A stretch of 64,000 nt of DNA, from contig CAJXKI010000001.1 of assembly GCA_913055765.1 (NCBI GenBank), positions 86 through 64,085 on the forward strand. The letters run 5' to 3'. This DNA comes from an uncultured Ectothiorhodospiraceae bacterium. GTDB taxonomy: Bacteria > Pseudomonadota > Gammaproteobacteria > Nitrococcales > Halorhodospiraceae. The translations under genes and the position numbers were made by a program. Position 1 is the stretch's first letter; each line of letters opens with the position of its first letter. Positions 45,669-55,616 of the stretch are shown here, one piece after another. The notes under the pieces are model-generated. The model had not been told where the DNA came from. It saw only the letters and a list, made by a program, of their open reading frames with translations, and did not search any database.

Positions 45669-46856
45669 ATGACCCAAGAGGAAGGGAGCGGGAGCACAGC
45701 GCTGAACCTGTCGATACCACCCGCCGAGGAGATCGCCAGCCGGGTGCAGGAGGAGACCGACCCCGAGCCGGCCATGGCGGATCCGGCCCTCATCGAGCAC
45801 GCCGAGGCGTTCGTCGAGCAGGCCCTGGCCGCAGCGCAGCAGGACGCACCCGACCACCAGCCCCGCCAGGCGGTGGACGAGATGGGCCTGGAGGTGCAGC
45901 GCCAGGCGGCCCACCGCAGCGAGATGCTCCAGGGCCCCATCCGCCAGCTCGCCCACCAGGGCGACGACGGCGGCCCGGTGGCAAGCTCGCTGACGGAGCT
46001 GCGCAACCGCATGGAGCAGCTCGACCCCCAGCGCCACACCCTCACCGCCAGCGGCCTGCCCGGGGCCCTGTCCCGCCTGCCCGGGGTAAGCTCGCCGCTG
46101 CAGCGCTATTTCCGCAAGTTCGAGACGGCCCAGGAGGCCCTGGACGCCACCATCAAGGACCTAAAGGCCGGCAAGGACCGGCTCCACCGGGACAACTTGA
46201 CCCTGAGCGATGATCAGCAGTCGCTACGCGAGAGCCTCGAGCAGCTACGCCGGCAGATCGCCCTGGGCCGGCTCATCGATCACCGCCTGCAGGAGCGCGC
46301 CGGCGAGCTGCCGGAGGGCGATGAGAGCCGGCGCTACATCGAGGCGGAGCTGCTCTTCCCATTGCGCCAGCGGGTAGTGGATCTGCAGCAGCAGCTCGCG
46401 GTGAGCCAGCAGGCCATCCTCTCCCTGGAGGTCGTCATCCGGAACAACCGCGAGCTCATGCGCGGGGTGGACCGCGCCATCAACGTCACCGCCTCGGCGC
46501 TGAACGTCGCCGTCACCGTGGCACTAGCCCTGGCCAACCAGCGCCTGGTGCTCGACCGCGTAGAGGCGCTCAACGCCACCACCTCGCAGCTGATCGCCGG
46601 CACCTCCCGGAACCTGCGCACCCAAGGCGCGCAGATCCAGGACCGGGCCTCGTCGAGCATGCTCGACATAGAGCGGCTAGAGCAGGCCTTCGAGGACGTC
46701 ATCGGCGCCATCGACGAGGTCACCCGCTACCGTCGCGAGAGCCTACCGGTCCTCGACACCCAGATCGAGCGTCTGGACACGCTGACAGCGCAGGGCCAAG
46801 CCGCGCTCGGGCGGCTCGAGCGCGGCAGCCGCGGCGAGACCGGCGCCGACTCGTAG
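45669..46856 (+). CDS. telA: Toxic anion resistance protein (TelA/KlaA family)
   Basis: RYFRKFETAQ, RQRVVDLQQQLAV, IRNNRELMRGVDRA, ALANQRLVL. Confidence 0.85.
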   Translation: MTQEEGSGSTALNLSIPPAEEIASRVQEETDPEPAMADPALIEHAEAFVEQALAAAQQDAPDHQPRQAVDEMGLEVQRQAAHRSEMLQGPIRQLAHQGDDGGPVASSLTELRNRMEQLDPQRHTLTASGLPGALSRLPGVSSPLQRYFRKFETAQEALDATIKDLKAGKDRLHRDNLTLSDDQQSLRESLEQLRRQIALGRLIDHRLQERAGELPEGDESRRYIEAELLFPLRQRVVDLQQQLAVSQQAILSLEVVIRNNRELMRGVDRAINVTASALNVAVTVALALANQRLVLDRVEALNATTSQLIAGTSRNLRTQGAQIQDRASSSMLDIERLEQAFEDVIGAIDEVTRYRRESLPVLDTQIERLDTLTAQGQAALGRLERGSRGETGADS

Positions 46857-47105
46857 GCGTCCGAAGGGGAGCACGGCGGCTCGCTCCTGCCGACGTCGAG
46901 AGGACCGATCTCAGGCTCCGCCCGCCCGATGGCCGAGGCGGGGCTCGGCCCGTGGCCTGGCGCCACCTGCCTGGAGGGCTAGCGGTATCGCGGCCTGGCC
47001 GCCGGAGCGTCTACAATCGGGCATCCGTCACTCTGAGGCCACGGGCCGCCCCCGCTTGGAGGCCCTTATATCGGCAACCCAGCCCGCACCCCGGGGAGGT
47101 ACGCT

Positions 47106-47408
47106 TTGGCAGAGATCCACCGAGAGCGCTCGAGCGATTCCAAGGAGGACGAAGATATCGTCATCCGCATGGGATCGGCGGAGCTGCTCATCCGCCGCCG
47201 CTACCAGACGCTCAGCATCCTCAACGACTTCCTCATCGGGATCTGGTTCCTGGTGGGCAGTATCTTCTTCTTCTGGAGCGCCTGGCAGGAGACCGGAACC
47301 TGGCTGTTCGTGGTGGGCAGCGCCCAGCTCCTGATCCGGCCGGTGATCCGCCTGGCCCACCGGATCCACCTCAAAAGGTCGGCAGCCTTCGGCCAGTGGG
47401 AGATGTAG
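47106..47408 (+). CDS. YrhK family membrane protein
   Basis: RRRY..NDFLIGIWFLVGS..F, GTWLFVVGS.Q..IRP; GGAGGT RBS before TTG. Confidence 0.85.
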   Translation: MAEIHRERSSDSKEDEDIVIRMGSAELLIRRRYQTLSILNDFLIGIWFLVGSIFFFWSAWQETGTWLFVVGSAQLLIRPVIRLAHRIHLKRSAAFGQWEM

Positions 47409-47699
47409 CAGCCGGTGGGCCTGCCCCGCGCAGGAGCCAGCGATGGGGCCGAGGCTGGAGGTGCGGCTTCGCTACCCGGGCAGGCCTGCTGCCCTCGGCC
47501 ACCGCGCTCGCCGAGCAGACGCCCATCTCGCTGGATCGGCCCCCGCAGCCAGGGGCAGCGCGTCACGATGGCGACGCAGAAAGGGCGGGTGCACCGGGTG
47601 GGCAGTAGATGCGGGGGGCCTCGTTGAGCCCGGCCTCGGGCGTCGAGGCACTCCGTTACCGGCAGGCCCTTTGGGGGTGGCTTTGAGGGGTTTCCGCCT

Positions 47700-49871
47700 A
47701 TGGCGCGCTGGCTTGTCGGCTCCGCCGCCCGCTTTATGGGAGTGGTTTGCGGCCTGGTCCTCGCAGGCAGTGCTTCCGCGGCGGTTTTCCCGGCGAGTGC
47801 AGGTTCGCTGGAGCTGAGCAGCCATGTCGAGTATATGGCGGATCCCTCCGGGGCGCTGACCATCGAGGAAGTGCGCCACGGGGATTTCCCGGGGCGGTTC
47901 CGGTCGTGGTCGGGTGCCGGCGCCTTCAATCAGGGCTATGCCAACACCGTCTACTGGCTGCGCTTTCCAGTAGCCGTGGCTGCCGATGGCCCGCCGCGAT
48001 TGCTGCTGGAGGTCCGGTATTTCTCCCTGGAATCGCTGGCGCTGTTCACGCCCAATGGCGAGCGCATCCGAGGGGGACTAGAACGCTCTGCGACCCCCCA
48101 GATCTGGCCTCACCGCTTTCCCACCTTCCGTATCCAGCCGGACACGGAGCCCGAGTATTACTACCTGCGGCTGTCATCGCGGGGCTCGCTCACCCTCCCC
48201 CTGACCCTGTGGACGCCGGAGGCCTTCGCCGCCAAGACCGAGCGGGGCTATCTCCTGCTGGGGCTGTATTTCGGTGGCTTGCTGGCGCTGGCGCTGTTCA
48301 ATTTCCTCCTGTTCCTCTCCCTGCGGGACCAGCGGTACCTGCTGTATGTGCTCTACGCGGGCTTCTTCGGGGTGGGCTTGCTCGCGCTGGAGGGCGTAGG
48401 GAATCAGTTCCTGTGGCCGGCTAGCCCCCGCCTGAGCACCTTGGCCAGCAACGGGGCCTTCTCCCTGGCTGCCGTGTTTGCGGTCTTATTCGCGCAGCGC
48501 TTCCTGGATAGCCGGCATTTCACACCCCGTCTGAACCGGCTCCTGACGCTGGTGGCGGTGATCTTTGCGGGCAATGCCCTGATCGCGTTGAGCGGTGTCG
48601 GGATCCAGTTCTCCTCGCGGCTGCTGTCCTTGGGGGTCCCGGTTGCCAGTGTCGGCATCCTTATCACGGCCTCTTTGGCATACCGCCGCGGGAGTCGAGG
48701 GGCACGGTTCTTCCTGTTGGCGTGGGGGATCCTGTTGGTCAGCTCCATAGTGGGCGGGCTACGCAATCTGGGATGGGTGGCCACGACGCCGCTCACGAGC
48801 AATATCCTGCCCCTAGGGTCAGCGGGGGAGATGATCCTGCTGGCCCTGGCGCTGGCGGATCGCATCCATGTGGAGCGTGCCGACCGCGCCGCGGCGCAGG
48901 AGGAGGCCCTGGCGGCCAAACAGCAGCTCGTAGCCAACTTGGCGGACTCGGAGCGCCGTCTCGAGCAGAAGGTGGCGGAGCGTACCGCCGAGGCGGAGGC
49001 GTCCCGGCAGCATTTGCAGAGTATCCTGGAGAACTCCCCCGTGGGCATTGCGTTCCTGGACGGGAGCAGGCGCATTCGCCAAGTGAACCAGGCCTTTCTG
49101 GATCTATTCCCCTACCGGGAGGAGCAGGTGCTCGATGCCATCCCTGATGGGCTTTACGCCTCCCGAGCCGAGTACGAGCGCATTGGCCGCGAGGCCTACC
49201 CCATCCTCCGCGATGGGGGAACCTACGATACGGTAGCGCAAATGCGAGGCGCCGACGGCCAGGCCTTCCCTGCGGCCCTCCACGGCCGGGCCCTTAACGC
49301 CGACGACCTCAGTGAAGGTTTTATCTGGATCCTCCAGGATATCAGTGAGCAAAAGCGCCTGGAGGCCGAGCTGATCCACGAGGCCTCCCACGATCGCCTG
49401 ACCGGCGTTTACAACCGCAAGCACTTCGAGGAGATCCTGGATGCCGAGATCGAGCGTGCCCAGCGGTATAGCCACAGCTTTAGCCTGGTCATGTTCGACA
49501 TCGATCACTTCAAGGCCTTCAACGATACCTACGGCCATGCCATAGGCGACATTGTGCTCAAGCGCACCGCCGAGCGGGCTCATGCCGAGCTGCGCGCGAC
49601 CGATTCCTTGGCCCGGTGGGGCGGCGAGGAGTTCATGGTGATGCTGCCGGAGACGCCCATTGGCAACGCCGAGAGGCTAGCGGAGCGCCTGCGCAAGGCG
49701 GTTCTTGTGGCCGACGAGGATTCGCGCTCGGCCGTTTCCATTAGCCTGGCGGTTACCGAGTACGAGATGGGAGAAGCCGCCGACACGACCCTACGGCGGC
49801 TGGATGATGGCCTCTATCGGGCCAAGGCCGAGGGCCGCAATCGCGTCATCCGTAATGGACCATCCGGTTAG
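47700..49871 (+). CDS. Sensor diguanylate cyclase (7TMR-DISMED2/7TM, PAS, GGDEF)
   Basis: Signal peptide, YWLRF periplasmic domain, 7TM region, PAS, DRLTGVYNR, DIDHFK, RATD I-site, GGEEF. Confidence 0.92.
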   Translation: MARWLVGSAARFMGVVCGLVLAGSASAAVFPASAGSLELSSHVEYMADPSGALTIEEVRHGDFPGRFRSWSGAGAFNQGYANTVYWLRFPVAVAADGPPRLLLEVRYFSLESLALFTPNGERIRGGLERSATPQIWPHRFPTFRIQPDTEPEYYYLRLSSRGSLTLPLTLWTPEAFAAKTERGYLLLGLYFGGLLALALFNFLLFLSLRDQRYLLYVLYAGFFGVGLLALEGVGNQFLWPASPRLSTLASNGAFSLAAVFAVLFAQRFLDSRHFTPRLNRLLTLVAVIFAGNALIALSGVGIQFSSRLLSLGVPVASVGILITASLAYRRGSRGARFFLLAWGILLVSSIVGGLRNLGWVATTPLTSNILPLGSAGEMILLALALADRIHVERADRAAAQEEALAAKQQLVANLADSERRLEQKVAERTAEAEASRQHLQSILENSPVGIAFLDGSRRIRQVNQAFLDLFPYREEQVLDAIPDGLYASRAEYERIGREAYPILRDGGTYDTVAQMRGADGQAFPAALHGRALNADDLSEGFIWILQDISEQKRLEAELIHEASHDRLTGVYNRKHFEEILDAEIERAQRYSHSFSLVMFDIDHFKAFNDTYGHAIGDIVLKRTAERAHAELRATDSLARWGGEEFMVMLPETPIGNAERLAERLRKAVLVADEDSRSAVSISLAVTEYEMGEAADTTLRRLDDGLYRAKAEGRNRVIRNGPSG

Positions 49872-49964
49872 CCCTGCACAGAGGATGGTCTTGGCTGGGC
49901 TGGTCGCCCGGTGATGGGCGTCTGTGACCCTTGCTGGGCCCACGGTGTCTTACGGCGGAGGGCC

Positions 49965-49987
49965 GAGGCTACGCATCGCGTAGCCTC
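49965..49987. terminator. Hairpin between the convergent cyclase gene and tRNA-Met
   Basis: GAGGCTACGC-ATC-GCGTAGCCTC, perfect 10-bp stem. Confidence 0.55.
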
Positions 49988-50000
49988 CTGATGGAGCCGG

Positions 50001-50074
50001 TGGCTATGGGTGGATTCGAACCACCGACCTTCGCATTATGAGTGCGACGCTCTAACCAACTGAGCTACATAGCC
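50001..50074 (-). tRNA. tRNA-Met (CAT), elongator type; CCA not encoded (followed by CCG)
   Basis: GGCTATGTAGCTCAGTTGGTTAGAGCGTCGCACTCATAATGCGAAGGTCGGTGGTTCGAATCCACCCATAGCCA folds as a cloverleaf. Confidence 0.95.
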
Positions 50075-50091
50075 AAGGTTAACACGCATTT

Positions 50092-50120
50092 ATTTTCTGC
50101 GGCTCGCCCCTCGCTGTCAA
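50092..50120 (-). promoter_or_regulatory. Sigma-70 promoter of tRNA-Met
   Basis: TTGACA-N17-GAAAAT. Confidence 0.65.
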
Positions 50121-50247
50121 GGCGCCACCACCGGCTGTATGGCCCTTGGTACGCCCCGCCGAGTCCGTCAGAATGAAAGACGAGCGCAAAGCTCAGCGTC
50201 TACTACGCTGGGCAGCAGATCCCACGAGAACCTGGGAGGGAGCATCC

Positions 50248-50598
50248 ATGCAGATCCAGATCAATCCCGGCGCTGGCGTCCACGTCTCCGATGCCCTGGA
50301 GCAGAGCATCCGCGAGTCCCTCGGCACCGTGGACCGGCGCTTCGGCGACCACCTGACGCGTATCGAGGTGCACTTCCAGGACACCAACGGCCCCAAGGGC
50401 GGGGTCAACAAGCACTGCCGCATCGAGGCGCGGCCGCGCCGCCTTGAGCCGGTGCTCGCCGAGAACACCGCGGACGACGCCTACGATGCTGCCCGCGGCG
50501 CCGCGCGGAAGCTCGAGCGGGTCCTCGACAGCCGGCTCGGCAAGCTGGCGGACAAGCAGCGCCACGCGGAGCACAAGGCCGAGCAGCAGCCCGAGTGA
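50248..50598 (+). CDS. HPF/RaiA family ribosome-associated protein
   Basis: MQIQIN, LTRIEVH, DTNGPKGG, CRIEAR; GGAGG RBS. Confidence 0.88.
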   Translation: MQIQINPGAGVHVSDALEQSIRESLGTVDRRFGDHLTRIEVHFQDTNGPKGGVNKHCRIEARPRRLEPVLAENTADDAYDAARGAARKLERVLDSRLGKLADKQRHAEHKAEQQPE

Positions 50599-50604
50599 CC
50601 GGGC

Positions 50605-50639
50605 GCTCCGGGCGCGGCGACGAGCGCCGCGCCCGGAGC
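50605..50639. terminator. 15-bp GC hairpin between convergent genes
   Basis: GCTCCGGGCGCGGCG-ACGAG-CGCCGCGCCCGGAGC. Confidence 0.6.
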
Positions 50640-50665
50640 ACCGGGACCGACCTGCTCAGGGGGCC

Positions 50666-51757
50666 TCAGACGTTGAAGCGCACGTGCACCACGTCCCCCT
50701 CCTCGAGGACGTAGTCCTTCCCTTCCAGCCGCCAGCGGCCGACCTCCTTGGCACCCTGCTCGCCGTTGTAGGCGATGAAGTCGTCGTAGGCGACCACCTC
50801 GGCGCGGATGAAGCCACGCTGCATGTCGGAGTGGATCTGCCCGGCAGCCTCCGGCGCGGTGGCGCCCTGGCGCACCGTCCAGGCCCGGACCTCCTGCGGG
50901 CCGGCGGTGAAGAAGGTCTGCAGCCCGAGGAGCTGGTAGCCGGTACGGATGACCCGGTTCAGCCCCGGCTCCGCCAGCCCGTACTCGGCGAGGAACGCGT
51001 CGCGCTCCTCGTCCTCGAGCGCCGCCAGCTCGGCCTCGATGGCGGCGCAGACCGGCACCACCCACGCCCCCTCGCTGTCGGCGAGGGTCCGCACACCGTC
51101 GAGCAGGGGGTTGTCCTCGAAACCGTCCTCCGCAACGTTGGCGATATACATCAGCGGCTTGAGGGTGAGCAGGTGGTAGCCCTGTAGCAGCCGGCGCTCG
51201 TCGCTGTCGAGCGCCAGGGTGCGCAGCGGATACCCCTCGTCCAGGGCCTGCCGGGCGCGCTGGAGCAGGTCGCGCAGGCGGACGGCCTCCTTGTCACCGC
51301 TCTTGGCGGCCCGCTCCTGGCGGTTGAGGGCGCGGTCGACGGTGTCCATATCGGCGAGCGCCAGCTCGGTGTGCAGGGTCTCGGCGTCGGCGCGCGGATC
51401 CACCCGACCGTTCACGTGGTGGACCTCCTCGCTCTCGAAGCAGCGCAGGACCATGGCCACGGCGTCGGTCTCGCGGATATGGGCGAGGAACTGGTTGCCG
51501 AGCCCCTCGCCCCTGGAGGCGCCGGAGACCAGGCCGGCGATATCCACGAACTCCATGGTGGTCGGCACCGTCTGCTCGGGGCGGACGATCTCCGAGATCC
51601 GCTGGAGCCGCGGATCGGGGACGGGGACGATCCCGACGTTGGGATCGATGGTACAGAACGGGTAATTCTCTGCCGGGATCTCGTTCCGGGTCAGCGCATT
51701 GAACAGCGTCGACTTCCCGACGTTGGGGAGCCCGACAATGCCGCAGTTGAAGCCCAT
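50666..51757 (-). CDS. ychF: Redox-regulated ATPase YchF
   Basis: [29 protein letters not shown]. Confidence 0.97.
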   Translation of the reverse strand: MGFNCGIVGLPNVGKSTLFNALTRNEIPAENYPFCTIDPNVGIVPVPDPRLQRISEIVRPEQTVPTTMEFVDIAGLVSGASRGEGLGNQFLAHIRETDAVAMVLRCFESEEVHHVNGRVDPRADAETLHTELALADMDTVDRALNRQERAAKSGDKEAVRLRDLLQRARQALDEGYPLRTLALDSDERRLLQGYHLLTLKPLMYIANVAEDGFEDNPLLDGVRTLADSEGAWVVPVCAAIEAELAALEDEERDAFLAEYGLAEPGLNRVIRTGYQLLGLQTFFTAGPQEVRAWTVRQGATAPEAAGQIHSDMQRGFIRAEVVAYDDFIAYNGEQGAKEVGRWRLEGKDYVLEEGDVVHVRFNV

Positions 51758-51811
51758 TGGTGCGGTCCTGAGATAGCGTGCAAAGTGCGGCCGAGGCGCG
51801 GTGCCGGCGTG

Positions 51812-52396
51812 CTAGCCGTGGAGCCTCTGGCAGGCCCGGTCCCACTCCCCCGCGAGCAGCCGCGGGATCTCGTCGGCGGCGTTCTCGATGGCCACCTCGA
51901 TGTGCCGGCGCTCATGCTCGCTGGGCCGGGAGAGGACGTACGGGACCACGTCGTCCTTGTGGCCGGGATGGCCAATGCCGAGGCGCAGCCGTGCGAACTC
52001 GGCACGCCCCAGGGTCGACTGGATGTGGCGCAGCCCGTTGTGGCCGCCATGGCTCCCACCGCGCTTGACGCGGACGCCACCCGGGGGCAGGTCGATCTCA
52101 TCGTGGACGATGAGGATCGCCTCCGGCGGGATCTTGAAGAACTGCGCCAGAGCGCCGACAGCCTGGCCGCTGTGGTTCATGTAGGTCGTCGGCTTGACCA
52201 GGCGGCAGTCGTAGCCGTCGATGAGCGTCCGCCCGACGGCGCCGTGGAACTTGGCCTCGTCGCGCAGGCCACAGGCGTAGCGGCGGCTGAGCTCGTCCAC
52301 AAGCCAGAACCCGGCGTTGTGCCGGGTCCCTGCGTGCCTGTTGCCCGGGTTACCGAGGCCGACGATGAGGCGGAAGCTGCCTTCCCGAGCGGCCAC
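51812..52396 (-). CDS. pth: Peptidyl-tRNA hydrolase
   Basis: GLGNPG, TRHNAG, TYMNHSG, HDEID, GGHNGL; GTG start inferred. Confidence 0.95.
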   Translation of the reverse strand: MAAREGSFRLIVGLGNPGNRHAGTRHNAGFWLVDELSRRYACGLRDEAKFHGAVGRTLIDGYDCRLVKPTTYMNHSGQAVGALAQFFKIPPEAILIVHDEIDLPPGGVRVKRGGSHGGHNGLRHIQSTLGRAEFARLRLGIGHPGHKDDVVPYVLSRPSEHERRHIEVAIENAADEIPRLLAGEWDRACQRLHG

Positions 52397-52403
52397 CTCG
52401 GTG

Positions 52404-53033
52404 TCAGGCCCCCGACGCCTCGTCCTCGTCGCTGCTGGCGCCGCCACCCCGGGTCTTGCGGGTCGCCTGCACGGAGACCACGGGCGCGTCGTGCTCCATG
52501 CTCTGCTGCAGGGCCGCCGACTCGACCCCGCCGGGCAGGGTCAGCTCGCTGATGTGGACGGCGTGGCCGACGTTCAGCCGGGAGACGTCCACGTCGATGT
52601 GCGGCGGCAGATCCTTGGGCAGGCAGACCACCTCGAGGTCGAGCATGTCGTGGTGGAGCACGCCGCCCTTCTTCACGCCCGGGGATTGCTCCTCACCGTA
52701 GACGTGGATCGGCACGTGGACGGCTATGGGCTGGTCCTCGCGGACGCGCTGCAGGTCGATGTGCTGGACCAGCGGCTTGTAGGGGTGGCGCTGCAGGTCC
52801 TTGACGATGGCCTGCTCGGTCTCTTCGCCTACCTGGACCTTCAGGACCGTGGAGAAGAAGGCGTCCTCCTCGAGTAGCCGATAGAGCTGATCGCTCTCGA
52901 GGGCCACCGGCTGCGGCCCTTTACCTGCCCCGTAAACGACACCGGGGACGCGCCGGGCGCTCCGCAGACGGCGCATAGCACCGCGGCCAGTCTCCGTGCG
53001 CGGATGCGCGTCGAGCCTCATTTCCACCGTCAT
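52404..53033 (-). CDS. rplY: 50S ribosomal protein L25 / Ctc (long form)
   Basis: [25 protein letters not shown]. Confidence 0.95.
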   Translation of the reverse strand: MTVEMRLDAHPRTETGRGAMRRLRSARRVPGVVYGAGKGPQPVALESDQLYRLLEEDAFFSTVLKVQVGEETEQAIVKDLQRHPYKPLVQHIDLQRVREDQPIAVHVPIHVYGEEQSPGVKKGGVLHHDMLDLEVVCLPKDLPPHIDVDVSRLNVGHAVHISELTLPGGVESAALQQSMEHDAPVVSVQATRKTRGGGASSDEDEASGA

Positions 53034-53057
53034 GTTGGTTCCACTCCTGGTTGGGGA

Positions 53058-54014
53058 TCACTCTACGAAGAGCTCGCTCACCGATTCGTCGTTGCTGACC
53101 CGACGCATGGTCTCAGCGAGGATCTCCGCGATACTCACTTGCCGGACGTTCGGGCACGCCGCCGCCTGCTCGCCCAGCGGGATGCTGTCGCTGACCACCA
53201 GCTCGTCGAGCCCAGAGGCGGAGATCTTATCGACCGCACTGCCGGAGAGGACGGGATGGGTGATGTAGGCGACCACCTTCCGCGCCCCGTGCTCCTTGAG
53301 GGCATCCGCCGCCTGGCAGAGCGTACCGGCCGTATCCACGATGTCGTCGACGATGATGCAGGTCTTGTCCTCGACATCACCGATGATGTGCATGATCGAC
53401 GACTCGTTGGGCCGGGGCCGGCGCTTGTCGATAATGGCCAGCTCGGTGTCATCGAGGCGCTTGGCCACCGCCCGGGCGCGGACCACGCCGCCGACGTCCG
53501 GCGAGACCACCACCTTGCGCGGGTAGAGCTGCCGCCAGATATCCCCTAGCAGGATCGGTGAGGCGTAGACATTGTCGACCGGGATATTGAAAAAGCCCTG
53601 GATCTGGTCGGCGTGCAGGTCCACGGTAGCGATCCGGTCGTAGCCGGCCGTCTGGAGCATGTCCGCTACCAGCTTGGCCGATATCGGCACGCGCTGGGAG
53701 CGCGGCCGGCGGTCTTGCCGGGCGTACCCGAAGTACGGGATCACCGCTGTCACGCGCGCGGCCGAGGAGCGGCGCAGCGCGTCAGCGATGGCGAGCAGCT
53801 CCATGAGATTGTCGTTGGCGGGCTGGCAGGTGGACTGCACCACGAACACGTCCTTGCCACGGACGTGCTCGTTGATCTCCACCATGATCTCGTCGTCGCT
53901 GAAGCGGCCCACTACCGCATGACCGAGGCGGGTCTTCAGGTGGGCGGCAATGGACTCGGCGAGCTGCGGGTTGGAGTTACCCGCGAAGACCATCATGGGT
54001 CCGTTCACTTGCAC
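53058..54014 (-). CDS. prs: Ribose-phosphate diphosphokinase
   Basis: [36 protein letters not shown]. Confidence 0.97.
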   Translation of the reverse strand: MQVNGPMMVFAGNSNPQLAESIAAHLKTRLGHAVVGRFSDDEIMVEINEHVRGKDVFVVQSTCQPANDNLMELLAIADALRRSSAARVTAVIPYFGYARQDRRPRSQRVPISAKLVADMLQTAGYDRIATVDLHADQIQGFFNIPVDNVYASPILLGDIWRQLYPRKVVVSPDVGGVVRARAVAKRLDDTELAIIDKRRPRPNESSIMHIIGDVEDKTCIIVDDIVDTAGTLCQAADALKEHGARKVVAYITHPVLSGSAVDKISASGLDELVVSDSIPLGEQAAACPNVRQVSIAEILAETMRRVSNDESVSELFVE

Positions 54015-54052
54015 GGCTAGAGGTCCACCTTACGGCTTGGTGTATATCGGTA

Positions 54053-54127
54053 TGGCTGGGGCGGCAGGATTCGAACCTGCGATTCCCGGTACCAAAAACC
54101 GGTGCCTTACCGCTTGGCTACGCCCCA
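54053..54127 (-). tRNA. tRNA-Gln (TTG)
   Basis: TGGGGCGTAGCCAAGCGGTAAGGCACCGGTTTTTGGTACCGGGAATCGCAGGTTCGAATCCTGCCGCCCCAGCCA; canonical ispE-tRNA-prs position. Confidence 0.96.
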
Positions 54128-54148
54128 ATTGTCGATGGATCAGCCGGG

Positions 54149-55006
54149 CTACTCAGCCGCAGCCAGCGCTGCGTGTAACGGCGACCGGGCCACGGCACGG
54201 GCGACGAACCCTTCCCACTCCGCGGGGAGCGCATCCAGTGCAGCCCGGGCCTGGCTCTCGGCCGAGAAGCCCGCGAAGCAGCAGCTCCCCGTGCCGCTCA
54301 TGCGTGCCTGGCCGAAGCGCGCCAGCCAGTCTAGGGCCTCGGCCACGCTGGGCCAACGGCTCCGCACCACCGGCTCGCAATCATTCCGCACCTCTCCGGC
54401 GCGAAGATCGTTTATTGTGATAGCGGGGGAGTTGCGTGTCAATTCCGGCGCGCCGAAGACCTCGGCCGTGGAGACGCTCGCCCGCGGGTCGACCAGCAGG
54501 TACCAGGCGTCGCCGGCGTCCTCAGGCAGGGGGTCGAGCCACTCGCCCACGCCCTCCCCCCAGGCGCTGCGGCCGCGGACGAAGACCGGCACATCGGCAC
54601 CCAGCTCCAGCCCCAGCGCTGCCAGCCGGGCCTCGTCCAGCCCGGCACCCCACAGGTCGTTGAGGGCCACCAGCGTCGTGGCCGCGTCGGAGGAGCCGCC
54701 GCCGAGGCCACCGCCGGCGGGCAGGCGCTTCTCGACGTGGATGTCGGCGCCGGGCCGGCCCGGTACGGCGGCCTGCAGCAAGCGGGCGGCACGCAGGGTA
54801 AGGTCGGCCTCCGCCGGCACCCCGGGCAGCTCGCAATACCGCTCGATCCGGCCGTCGCCGCGCGGGCGCAGGTGGACCCGGTCGCCGTGGTCGAGGAGCT
54901 GGAAGGCGGTCTGCAGGTCGTGGTAGCCGCTCAGCCGCCGACCCAGGACGTGCAGGAAGAGGTTGATCTTGGCTGGCGCCGGCCAGGCGCTCCAGTCATC
55001 CGCCAT
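54149..55006 (-). CDS. ispE: 4-diphosphocytidyl-2-C-methyl-D-erythritol kinase
   Basis: PAKINLFL, GGGLGGGSSDAA, LGADVP, MSGTG. Confidence 0.97.
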   Translation of the reverse strand: MADDWSAWPAPAKINLFLHVLGRRLSGYHDLQTAFQLLDHGDRVHLRPRGDGRIERYCELPGVPAEADLTLRAARLLQAAVPGRPGADIHVEKRLPAGGGLGGGSSDAATTLVALNDLWGAGLDEARLAALGLELGADVPVFVRGRSAWGEGVGEWLDPLPEDAGDAWYLLVDPRASVSTAEVFGAPELTRNSPAITINDLRAGEVRNDCEPVVRSRWPSVAEALDWLARFGQARMSGTGSCCFAGFSAESQARAALDALPAEWEGFVARAVARSPLHAALAAAE

Positions 55007-55616
55007 CGCTCAGGCTCCACTCCGACAAGGCGACGCGCAGGTGCCGGCTGCCGTTGCGCAGGTCGATCCGCCCCGGCAGAGCCACGCCCTCCACCTCGCT
55101 CCAGCCGTGGAAGAGCACCTCCCAGCCCGCTTGCACGAGGCGCTCGGGGCGGCCGTCGCCGTCCAGGCGGAGCGCCTCCACCGCCAGACCTGCCGCCGGC
55201 CGGCCGACGATCCAGTCACGCAGGGCCGTTACCGGCATACGGTGGCCGGTCGCGGTAGCGAGCAGCTCCTCCGGCGTCCTCGCGGTCACCGTCCGGCCGC
55301 TGCCGCCGGTCAGGGCGACCGCGCCCGGCTCGCCGCGGATCTCTACGCCGCCGGCCCCGAACGGCCCCGTGAGCCGGATGGTGTACGCCTCGCCCCGCTG
55401 GCGCCAGCGCAGGGAGAAGGTCGCCGCCTCGCCCTCGGCGCGCAGGGCCGCACGCCCCGCCACCGACCAATCACCGAGCGTGGCGTGCTCGTCGAGGAAG
55501 GCCTCGTAGGCGGCCTCGCGCTCGGCCTGCGGCGCCAGCGGGGCGCAACCGGCGAGCCCCAGGGCGGCGAGCAGCACGGCCGCCCAGCCCACCACGATTC
55601 CCCGGTCACCAGGCAT
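54996..55616 (-). CDS. lolB: Outer membrane lipoprotein receptor LolB
   Basis: Lipobox LAGC, GPFG, WIVGRP, QAGWEV; lies between the TPR gene and ispE; start uncertain. Confidence 0.9.
   Translation of the reverse strand: MPGDRGIVVGWAAVLLAALGLAGCAPLAPQAEREAAYEAFLDEHATLGDWSVAGRAALRAEGEAATFSLRWRQRGEAYTIRLTGPFGAGGVEIRGEPGAVALTGGSGRTVTARTPEELLATATGHRMPVTALRDWIVGRPAAGLAVEALRLDGDGRPERLVQAGWEVLFHGWSEVEGVALPGRIDLRNGSRHLRVALSEWSLSDGG

Noticed and set aside
47409..47699. Possible structured RNA or c-di-GMP riboswitch upstream of the cyclase
   Set aside because: Only short GC-rich stems expected by chance; no recognisable riboswitch consensus
43600..50001. Integrated element at tRNA-Met
   Set aside because: No integrase, transposase or att direct repeat found
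50001..50074. tRNA-Ile2 or initiator tRNA assignment for the CAT tRNA
   Set aside because: The GGCTA acceptor stem has a paired first position, and the anticodon stem lacks three G-C pairs. This matches elongator Met.
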